In this document: piece after piece, positions 32,703-43,700 of the stretch
Layout of the letters: every line of letters begins with the position of its first letter
Numbering within the stretch: position 1 is the first letter of the stretch
Assembly (NCBI GenBank): GCA_030248215.1
Contig: JASANG010001013.1
Coordinates: 62,001 to 126,000, forward strand
DNA length: 64,000 nucleotides
Reading direction: 5' to 3'
Source: Enoplolaimus lenunculus
Taxonomy: Eukaryota
The notes under the pieces: model-generated
The model's database searches: none
Seen by the model: only the letters and a program-made list of their open reading frames with translations
Told to the model about the DNA's origin: nothing
Translations under genes and position numbers: made by a program

Positions 32703-33617
32703 TAGATTTGCCGGTCAAATCAACAAATTTTCCTGAATTTGGTTTGCCATCAAATCAACAAATTTTCCTAAATTTGATTTGTCGTCAAATCAACAAATTT
32801 TCCTAAATTTGATTTGCCGTCAAATCAACAAATTTTCGTAAATTTGATTTGCCGTCAAATCAACAAATTTTCCTAAATTTGATTTGCCGTCAAATCAACA
32901 ATTATTCCTAAATTTGATTTGCCGTCAAATCAACATATTTTCCTAAATTTGATTTGCCGTCAAATCAACATATTTTCCTAAATTTCATTTGCCGTCAAAT
33001 CAACAATTTTTCCTAAATTTGATTTGCCGTCAAATCAACATATTTTCCTAAATTTGATTTGCCGTCAAATCAACAAATTTTCCTAAACTGGATTTGCTGT
33101 CAAATCAACAATTTTTCCTAAGTTTGATTTGCCGTCAAATCAACAAATTTTCCTAAATTTGATTTGCCGTCAAATCAACAAATTTTCCTAAATTTGATTT
33201 GCCGTCAAATCAAGAAATTTTCGTAAATTTGATTTGCCGTCAAATCAACAAATTTTCCTAAAATTGATTTGCCGTCAAATCAACAAATTTTCGTGAATTT
33301 GATTTGCCGTCAAATCAACAAATTTTCCTAAATTTGATTTGCCGTCAAATCAACAAATTTTCCTAAATTTGATTTGCCGTCAAATCAACAAATTTTCCTA
33401 AATTTGATTTGCCGTCAAATCAACAAATTTTCGTAAATTTGATTTGCCGTCAAATCAACAAATTTTCCTAAAATTGATTTGCCGTCAAATCAACAAATTT
33501 TCGTGAATTTGATTTGCCGTCAAATCAACAAATTTTCCTAAATTTGATTTGCCGTCAAATCAACAAATTTTCCTAAATTTGATTTGCCGTCAAATCAACA
33601 AATTTTCCTAAATTTGA
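32703..33617. repeat. 35-bp tandem array (about 26 units) with an internal palindrome
   Basis: The unit is AAATTTGATTTGCCGTCAAATCAACAAATTTTCCT, with period 35 (32821 to 32856). Confidence 0.95.
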
Positions 33618-34792
33618 AGTTTTCTATAAACGATCAAAAAATTTTAACTGATTATCTGCATCAATTGTGGATTTAGAAATTTATTAATGGGAATACCGCT
33701 CAATATATTATAATAGTAAAAAATGCCAGCGCAGTCGAGCGTTGCGTAAGCCCAAACGCAATTTTTAGACTAAACAAAAAACTTAAGTTTTGCTTTCTAT
33801 TGAGGGTTGATCGCTGACGTTGCCTTCTTTTGCATTCGCCGGTTCGGTTTGCAGTCACTAAAAGCAACAATAATTGCAGAACGCAGTCGTTTATTCAAAT
33901 TGCAGAACATTGTAAAAGCAAAGCGTACGTTTTGCAGATGCAAAAATTTCAAAACTTACGACAAATATTGCAGAAACGCAGCATGTAAGCTGTGTTTTGA
34001 GTCTTGTCTTCGCTCTGTTTCACTGTCTGCGTCATCGCATTATTCTAAAACTCTTGAACTGTAGGACGCTGTTTGTGTCTCAGAAACTCCGAAACAATGA
34101 AAAATAGCTTTGTCTATACACGAATGTACATTTTAGCGTGGAAATTATACATATTTTCTATATATTTAACATACACATCTTGAACAGAATTCGAGTTGAA
34201 TGCTATTTAAGCTTTAAAACATAAGAGTTCAGATGTCGCAAGGCTGACGCGCCTTGTTCAGCTTGCTACGGATCGGAAGGACGAAAAAGACTTTGCAGAT
34301 GGGGCATAAAGGGATACTGACGATGGAACGTTTTTAGGGTGCCCAAAATTTTGCTGACTGTCAACCCCGAAATAGGCTTAATACTCTCTAGCCGTATAGG
34401 CTAGGACTATTCTGAGGTTGAGGTTAAAGACTCAAGTTTATGTTTAGGGTAAAGCCTATTTTGCTTATCGACTATTGTAAAGCCTTTGTTCGGGTGTAGA
34501 ATTGATGAATCCATTAGCTGACGGAAGCCAATGGCTCACAGCCCCTTGCTAGACAAATTTGAACTTTGTATTGCCCCGCCCCGAGCAAGAGAAACTCGCT
34601 CACATTAAATATTTTTCTTCCAATGCGTTCTCATCGGAGCATGCGGCCTCCGAACCCCCACAGAAATTAATTATTTGAGCTAAATTTTAGGTTGTCGAGG
34701 GGGATGGCCCCCCTGAGAACCTAATTATAATTTATTCTATGCGGAGAATTGAAGGTTTTAATTTCAAGAAACGTTACCTTTATTGTGTTCTC

Positions 34793-35191
34793 GGCCCATC
34801 TAAAGATCAGAGGCGGAACGTTTTTCTGTGGGACTAGAATAGAGTAAGCTTAACCTTTTATCACATGAATATTTTCTGTTTCCCCTGGGACTTACTTTTA
34901 TGCTAGGATTCGAAATCCAGTGACTGGAGTTGGAGGCGTATACCATCACCACTCAGCTATATTAGCTTAACGCTCGAGCCCGCGTGGGCTCTCACGTCTT
35001 GCGGTGATTTAGTCCTATGTATACGTGTTGCAATTGTTAAACACGGTGCGATATATACTATTTAACGTATATACACTGCGCTGTGTTGCTTATAGGCAAC
35101 TCAATGTGAGAAGGGGTTTAGTCTAAAACTTAAGCTTTTACACGATTGTATTCCCACAGAAAAACGTTCCCCTCTGATCTCTAAATGGGCC
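34793..35191. mobile_element. Merlin-like MITE with two inverted right ends, containing a TTAA-type MITE (34854-35116)
   Basis: Outer ends: GGCCCATCTAAAGATCAGAGGCGGAACG ... CGTTCCCCTCTGATCTCTAAATGGGCC. Insert: TTAA|CCTTTTATCACAT...ATGTGAGAAGGGG|TTTA. Confidence 0.75.
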
Positions 35192-35599
35192 TTGATATCT
35201 ACTTTTGAACTGCGCCGCACGCAAAATTTTTTTCCAAAATTGATTAGTGAAAAACATTACGAGCGAAGCGAGCGCGAAACTGCGTAAAAATGTAAATTAT
35301 GACACAAGTGCTGATTCGGATTGGGGGGGGCGGCTAACCCGGCTCCCCTCTCGGTACACTCCTGGTATCCTCTACTTTTTCCTTGCACGCGTTCTGGTTA
35401 CGTATGACTGTGACAATAGTATGTATGCAGTTTTTCTAAATTCGCAAGGCCAAATGTACCTACGCGCATTGTGTTTTTGCTAGAGCCACCTATTCTAGAT
35501 GGAGTGCGGATTCTGCCGAAAAAACTCAATATATCGTTTAAAATATATGAGCTAAGAATACCGTAAAACATATACTAAAAACATGCGTACATTTGCACA

Positions 35600-36140
35600 C
35601 CACCCCTAAAGTGGGAAAATCCCAAAATGTTAACATCTCAATTTCCCAAAATACCGGTTCTCCAAAATCCCAAGCGAAAAAGGTAGCATTGAAAATCACA
35701 AACCTATTTCACATTTAATGCCAATTTTTCCCAAAACCCCAAATTCCCGGTTAATATCCCAATTGTCCAAAATCCCAATTTCCCGGGTAATCTCTCAATT
35801 TCTTATAATCATTTATTTGCCAAAATCCCGCATGAAAGAGGTTGCGCACAAAATCGAAATTTCCTTCCCGGGAAATATCTGAATTTCCCAAAATACCGGT
35901 TTACCTTGAATTTACTTCCCAGTTTATCAAAACCCCAATTCTCCAAAATGTCGAACGAAAAAGGTTGTGTCCCGGCCGAATCCCAATTTCTCAATATCCC
36001 AATTCCCCTGGTAACGTACGAATTTCGTAAACTTCATGTTTTCCGGATACTAATATCGAAATTACCACCAAACCCAATTGTCCCAGTAAAATCGAAACGT
36101 TTTCACATTCAAAATTTTTCGGGTAATATTCGCGGATTTT
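35600..36140. repeat. Degenerate short-period (CCCAAAAT/TCCCAATT-like) repeat tract
   Basis: Recurrent CCCAAAAT, CCCAATTT and ATACCGGTT motifs. Confidence 0.55.
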
Positions 36141-36482
36141 GGGCGAGACTACTGAACGTATGCATTTCTTCTATATTGTCGTCCTTCAAAGTGTGAAAAA
36201 GAAAAGCCAGCGAACGCTTATATTTTTGAATCTGCCTGTGTGTTTGATGTTCTAACGGTACCAAACTTATATAAGTACTTATTTACTTTTGTATAGCGAT
36301 AACACAAAGTTTCACGCTGGACACAAATTTTAGTGATTTGACTGACGTAGCTAGTGGCTCAGGTGGAATAGATTTTAACTTGATCAGTAAACCAGCGAGT
36401 AAAAAGATATAGATAGTTTTCAATTCAGTATTATGTTCAAATGTAAAAACATGTATTTTAATGTCATTATGATTGAGAGTTA

Positions 36483-37110
36483 CAGTCTAGGTAAGAACCG
36501 GGACTTCAGACCTTTTAACTAAGCAGTTGGAAAAGCGGGTTACGGGTGGTTTCGCATAAACGACGACCGTCCATCCTATTTCGGACTGGATACCGTGTTC
36601 ATTACACTCACGGTGTAGACCCCATGTTAGTCTAGGAAAGAACCGGTACTTCAGAGTGTCACTATGCTGCTAGAAGAGCGGTTTATGCGCGGTTTTGGAA
36701 CTATCGACTCACTGGTCCTTAAGGAAACGCTCTACCACTGCACAACACAACCAGCACCTTCAACTGCTGGATCGTAGGCTACATGTTGACCGTATTCTGC
36801 CAGCTAGCATACATGCAGCGCACTGTACTATATTGCATGTACACGTTGTCAGTCTAGGTAGGAACCGGGACTTCAGACCTTTTACTAAGCAGCTGGAAAA
36901 GCGGGCTAGAGCGGGGATCGAACTCACAGCCTACGGATCCTTAAGCGAGCACTCTACCACTGCGCCACGCAGCCCGCCTCTCCAACTGCTTTTTTTGTCG
37001 ACTATACGTGTCGACCGTACACCACAATGTGCATTGCATTTATTGCATATGCACAAGGACAAGTATGTCTCACATACTTACACACGTTATATATAAGCAT
37101 TTCTCATGCT
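36483..37110 (-). repeat. Three head-to-tail modules of the tRNA-containing repeat
   Basis: AGTCTAGG.A.GAACCGG.ACTTCAGA recurs at about 36484, 36629 and 36851. The third module is the closest to 28567-28804. Confidence 0.75.
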
Positions 37111-37747
37111 TACAAAGATGTCATTCTGCGATTACGCATGTGTTGTTTGTTATTGTCATCCGATCCCAGGTGGTATAGTCTGATTTCTATTGGTCATGGA
37201 ATATTGATGATACTGTAGTCGTTCACGTGAAAATTTGGGCTAAGGAAGGTGGTACAACGTACAACAGCAATTAAGCGGTTTTTGCAAAATTTGGTATATT
37301 TAGGCTCACCTTTCTATTCATGTTGGAAAAAGTTTTCGCGCGCCCTGTCGGCTATTGCGTGATGGCGAATGAATAGCCCACACGTAAAGAGATCAACAGC
37401 AGCTACGCAGTTCACAGCATACTAGCATAAGCAGTTTGATGACGTCGGATTTGTATGTTATTTTTAGATTTTGTAAATTCTTGACATAGTATATATACGT
37501 TTTTTCGAAACGAATATACGTAATTTATTAGATATTTAATAGCCAGCAAACTTCACTTAAAATTTAAGTCACACTGATTGGAACAACATAGGTGTTACTG
37601 TTTACAATTACTGCAATGTAACCAACACATTCCGCTGCATTGGCTGTATGTAAAGTTGTACCTTCATCTGTTTCATCAGTGAATCTACCTTGTCGACAGG
37701 TTTATGTCCAAAATTTAATTCTAGTCAGCTAACTGCATCTGCTTACA

Positions 37748-40700
37748 ATGAAGGCGTTGACATTTCGTCTAAAACCAGTACTTTTTGGTTTTCAATGCGT
37801 GGTGTGTGTTTTAATATGGAACTTTGACGGTATTATGTGTTCTACAAGTAGTGACGAGTACTCTGTTGAAATTGAAATGCCTGGAGCGAAACCACCCCAG
37901 GTAAGCTTTACCGTTGAGTTGTCATTAAATTCGCCGTAGGTAAACGCAAGTTGCATTTTAAAGATTGTTGGTAATCAACCATATGTGATTAGTGCGTGAC
38001 AGCTTACTGTGCCTGCCAGAGTACCATAATGCATGGTGCGAATGGTTCCGGTTTTGACAAAATGATGTATTTAAAATTTTGCTACGATTACATTTCCGGG
38101 CAAGTAACGCGGCTGAGATTCTCGCTAAGTGAAATGGAATGAAAAATCCAAGCTAACAATCTATATATTAATGCTTGAATGCCTCACATACGTATTTTGG
38201 GCAGTATTCCAGCAGAATTGAATACCCATATGCAAATTTGCTGATATATTCCGGTATCAAATTCAATATCCGGTTTCGAACTGTGCTCGCCCGTTTGGAT
38301 AAAATACCCCTAGGTTCAACCTGTGGTGATTTATTGTATTTTAGGACGACGCTTACATGTGTGTTGGAAAATCGCTGGCCAATATTGCAAATCCGGCAGC
38401 GTTTATTCTTGGATTTAATCCAATTGCGCAGGCATCACGTGTTCATCATATTCTTTTGTATTCGTGTTCGGGGCTTCGGAATAAACCCGACAAACCATGG
38501 TAAGTTGGTTAGGAGACCGTGTGGATTTTTAAAAAGTTTTTGAAAATATTTTTAAAACGTCAAAGCTTGTATATACTTATTAGGCTGCTTAAAACATGCA
38601 GCCGAGGTTTTGTCGCCGTAGCTTAAATTTCTCGCCGTTCTATTTAAGTCAGCTAAACTGATTTGTATTTTGTTCCAGGGAGTGTCTTCATCATAACATA
38701 TGCGATAATGGCCGCATTATTTATGCTTGGGCAAGAAACGCACCACCACTTAAGTTTAACCAAGGCGTTGGTACTCCCATTGGATCGTTGTATGACGTAA
38801 ACTATATGGTGCTACAAGTTCACTACGCGAAAAAATTTAGAGGTAAATGACAGTGGAATGATTATCGATATCCGAGTACGGTATGCATTTGTTTTTCAAC
38901 AAATTTGCGTTTCGATATTTCAAAAGTCACTTATTTCTATGTCAATCAGTTCCATGGCAGTTGGCATAAAAATACACAAAGATGGTTTTAGTTTTTTTGA
39001 AATTTTAAATAACGTTCGAGAAGTTGAAATACCAGAGCCGGATGTTCGGGCGCTTCGTAAATATATACGTATGTATATATTTGTATTTATATATGGATAA
39101 AAACACTACGTAGGCTATAGAAACGGAAATTTTGAAATATGGAAACCCTAATTTATTGAAATATTAATTGATGTCCGCAACTTGAAATTTGAAAATCTCC
39201 CAAAAAACGGCTCAAAACGGAACAGACATTTTGGAATCTTTCCGGATTCTGCTCTTTCAAAATCGAATTCTATTCTGATCTTAACCTTGAATTTTTGCCG
39301 AATCTGAAACCGAATGTGAACTTTTGTTGCCAGTGCCGCCCTACGATGGGTACCGATACTGTTTGTAAACCTGCAACCGTTTTTTGTTTTTACAGGTAAC
39401 GTCTACGATCACGCTGCTGTACAACTTCGCTTGACGCGAACAATGCCGCACTATTTGGCAGGGATTTATCTGTTTGTGTCAGGCGGCGGTCCAATTCCGG
39501 CAAATACACCTGGTAATTTTAAATTATGATTTTGTGTTTTCTCTATTGTCTGGAGTTCACACATATATATTGTATTTGTATTGAACTAAAATGTGAATTA
39601 TGTGCGCTTGATTGGATCGGACCGATAAGTTTCGCTGCGTTTAATTCAGGGCACAACCAGTTATTAAAAAATGACTTCCAACTTCGGTATTCTACATTGT
39701 CGGATATTTATTGCTGAGAAGTATTGTATAACATAACTGTATATTTTCTTATTACTTATCTGTAAAATCGTATTATTATGTTGTGAATTTAGTTTGAATT
39801 GACAAAAATACGCACTTAAAAAGCCCAGTTAATACTAAGACTCTTGTATCAACAGAATTGTAACAGTAGCACCATATTTGTTATTTGCTTTGTACATTTT
39901 TAACATGTGTATTGTTTTTAATATGTATATACTAGAGATGTCCGTGGGTCGTGCCGTGGCCACGGCACCGGGGCCAGAGGGGGCCGATGCTAAATGAAAA
40001 AGATTTAAAATGGCTTCACCACATAACAGGGCATTGCTGCTTTGTAAACTTGTTTTGTAAACACAACAGCACTGCAGTACGTAACTTTTCTACGCCTGCC
40101 TTGGCAAAATTTCGCTTGACGCGATATCATAAAAGCGGATATACATGCTTACGTAAAAGGGGTATAAAATTTAAAGTTTAGTGTATTTTACTAGGGTTAA
40201 CCCAGGAGCAGGGTGCAACCGGAATTCCGGTTCCGGCAATTTTTCACCTTCCGGTTCCGGTTCCGGTAAATTTTTACCGGATTTAAAAATTCCGGTATTA
40301 TAATTTGGCCGTTTTCTTAACTTTCCTAATTTTTAAGAATCTCTTTTGAAAGCCACTTGTACTCCGAATATAAGCCATTGATGGTGGATTCACTCAGCGA
40401 TGATGAAAATCTAAAATACAACAAATAAAATAAATACCTATGTTCGACTAAGGTTATTTCACAAATAATAGAGCAAAAAATAAGATTAAAATGAAATTTT
40501 TGGTGAAATGCATTTTTCATTCTCCGGTTCCGGTAAAATTTTCAAATTCCGGTTCCGGTTCCGGTAAATTGTAATTCCGGTTGCACCCTGCCCAGGAGGG
40601 AAACAATAATTGTCATTTTTTGGAAATTTCTAATTTTTTGAGCACAATTTTCGCTTAACAAATGGGTTCGAGGTTAAGGCCTCACTTAAAACAGCTCAAG

Positions 40701-43700
40701 TGCAAGGCAACAGGCAACAGTGCAGAATTGCGTTTACTGATCTTTTCGGTAAGCAATCGATACCCGTGTGCTTTTTTCCACACAATTTTGAGATGAAATT
40801 GCAAACCGGGGGGGTTCGATTTGGGGGGGCTGAACCTGGGGGAATTTGCCGAGTGAGTGAGGGAAACTTTGGTGTTGTTGGGGTAGCCTTTCACCATCGA
40901 CCACCAGCGAAACACCAGTCCTGTACACTAGCCTGTGATTTTAGATTTTCGCATGAAGATGTCGTGTAAATACGACGGTAGCGCTGTTATGCATCCATTT
41001 GCGTATCGAACACATGCTCATAGCTTAGGTAAGTCGAAAAGGTCAATATCGAGCCAGAGACGTACCATAGGTAGGATTTTGTTGCGTGAGCACAGGTGTA
41101 GCGATGAGAATTTACGGCTGCTTTTTGAAGATCGGGTAGAATTAGGGTTGCGCAACACTTGTCGCATGGCGCTGTTCGTCACGCGTACGGCGCCATCCGT
41201 CACCATACGTAATCGTAACAGTTATTTGCGTACGATACCACACGGTGACGGACGACGAAGTACGGGTGACGGACGTTGACGAACGGCGCCGGACATCCAC
41301 AAATGTATAACGCAATCCTTAGCATAAAAATTTGTTTGGTTTTACTTTCAGGGACAGTGATCTCAGCGTTTCGTAAACGCAACGGTAAATGGACAATGAT
41401 TGGTAAAGGCAATCCCCAATGGCCCCAGGTGAGTCGATATGTTTCTAGTTTTGAAGAATATATAATTCGCCGTTCACAGTAAAGTTTATCACACAAACAA
41501 GTGGTAGCTACTATCGGTACATAAAAATATTCTGTGTTTTAGTTTATGAGATATTTGTTTGTTGTTCCGAATTTCGAATCTGCCTATCGATCAATTTTTG
41601 CTGTACAGAGTAGTCGGCGACACGTGCCCTTTGTGGTTTTACATTTGTTTAACCCGATAAATGATTTGTGTTATGAATGATGTTTTTTGTGTTTCAGATG
41701 TTTTATCCAGTTACTTCGAATCCTGAAGATGTCGAAATTCAACCTGGTGATGAACTGGTACGTAAGTAGACGTAGTTTTGGTCAGAATGAAACAATGGTT
41801 AACTCACTGAAAAATCAGAGTCTTGGACCGCCGAACACCGTGAAATCAAACATTAATGGTGGCTGTATATGTAGTTTTTCAAAATTTCTATGTCATTCAG
41901 CTCCGTCAGGTGCCAGTTGTACGATGACCAAACCAATTTGACGGACGGCAACGAGTGGCGCTGCTTGACATGTACCGCGACACCCTTAAGTGTAGATTGA
42001 ACTTAATTGAAAATCAAGATTTATCTACTTAGAATGTCCGTATTTAGTTGTGTCGTGGTAATCAGACGCCACGCTTTTGTCTATCCGCTTTATCGTAGCT
42101 ATTTTCTACCTATAGCTTTAGGGTTTAGCTCTTTTGTGATTCTAGATTTAGCACTAACTCAGTATCAAAAATAATGACTGATGCAAATTTTCAGCTATTG
42201 CATCATCACCAAGCTTTGCGAAAACACATTAGAAACAGTTAATTAATAACAAAACTAAAGTAATTGCAAAAACACTTATGTCGAAATAACAATTTTTCAA
42301 AAACAAAGTATTTAATATTTAAATGATTAGGAATAATTTGCCACGAAACCGTAAAAATTCCGGGTCCTGCATCTTTGAATGTAGGAATAGAAGCAGCAAA
42401 TGAATTTTTACCGGAATTTTGACCGGAACAGGAATTTCGGTTGAAACCTGCTAAGTTGAGATGAAATCTAAATTTTAAACGTCGGCCCCCGCTCTGCTCT
42501 GTATTTTATAGCGATATTGAATGTGAAACGCTGTAAGTTAAATTTTGAAATTTTTTACTACGAAACACAAGGATTAGATTCAATCGCATCTATGCGTAAC
42601 ATTTCTTGCTATAATTCATTATTGGTTGTCTTGGCTTATAAGATATTGGATGTTTTTTCAGGCAGCACAGTGCAGATATAATTCAACAGGTCGAAACCGA
42701 GACACTTTTATAGGGTAAAGATTTAGAATATATAGTTACTGGTACACTCTGCTCCTGCGTAGCCAGAAAAAAAATCGGGGGGCGGCGGCGTGGCACGGCC
42801 TGTTATGTATTTTTGCATTTTGAAACACGATCATTGGAGGAATTTTTTTGTTCTAGAAATTTTTATAAGGGGAACCTTGCTTACATTTTGAAAATATTAC
42901 AAATATTTCAGGTGATTCAGTTCATATGTTGTCTATAAAACTATTTTACGTTTTTGTTGGAAGTGGGGCGCACCCGTGAACGTAAATTAATTTATTTTAT
43001 TTTGAATGTTTAGTATTAAGTATATAACTCCCGTTAATGCAGAAAAATTAATGACTATGGTCTTTTCATGTGAAAGACTTGTGATATTAACATGACTGGA
43101 CGTTATGCAAAATCCTATAATTTTTAGCTCTATAGATTGGGGGAGACTTTTGGAATTATTATTTTTCTCAATAAACAGGTGATTCTGCAGTTCCAAAATC
43201 ACCAAATAGCATCTTTATTTTAAATTCTGCCATTTTGTAAATAAATTTTTTATCGATTATTGAGCTTTCGATATTATGCATCATCTTTATGGAGCATAAT
43301 TAATTCATATATCGTTTTCAGATCAACAGGCAATAGCGAAATGTGCAACTTTTACATGTACGTCTATTTCAACGCGTCCGAATACACACAGCTGTTTGGG
43401 TGTCCGGGAAACTTTTTGCCCGGAATCATGGAACAATATCCGGTCGAGGGATCTACACTTTTACCGCCGGATCCAGAGCTTGAAATGCATGGGCATTTAG
43501 CGGCGGAAGCATTTGGTACGTAAGTTTTATAGTTTTTTGTGTTTGTGGACATCGGTAATGGTGTTTATAACTTTTTGTGGAGCGAGGTTGTTTATTGTTA
43601 AAAATCTTAGGATAACTGACTGAGATCAGGTAGTTTTTTGCTACCGCATAAGATTTTGTAGCTGCTAGTGGGAATGGCTTGATTATTCAAAGGATCCCGT

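Noticed and set aside
24113..33617. 49-bp and 35-bp arrays as CRISPR
   Set aside because: Units are contiguous with no unique spacers, there are no cas genes, and the context is eukaryotic.
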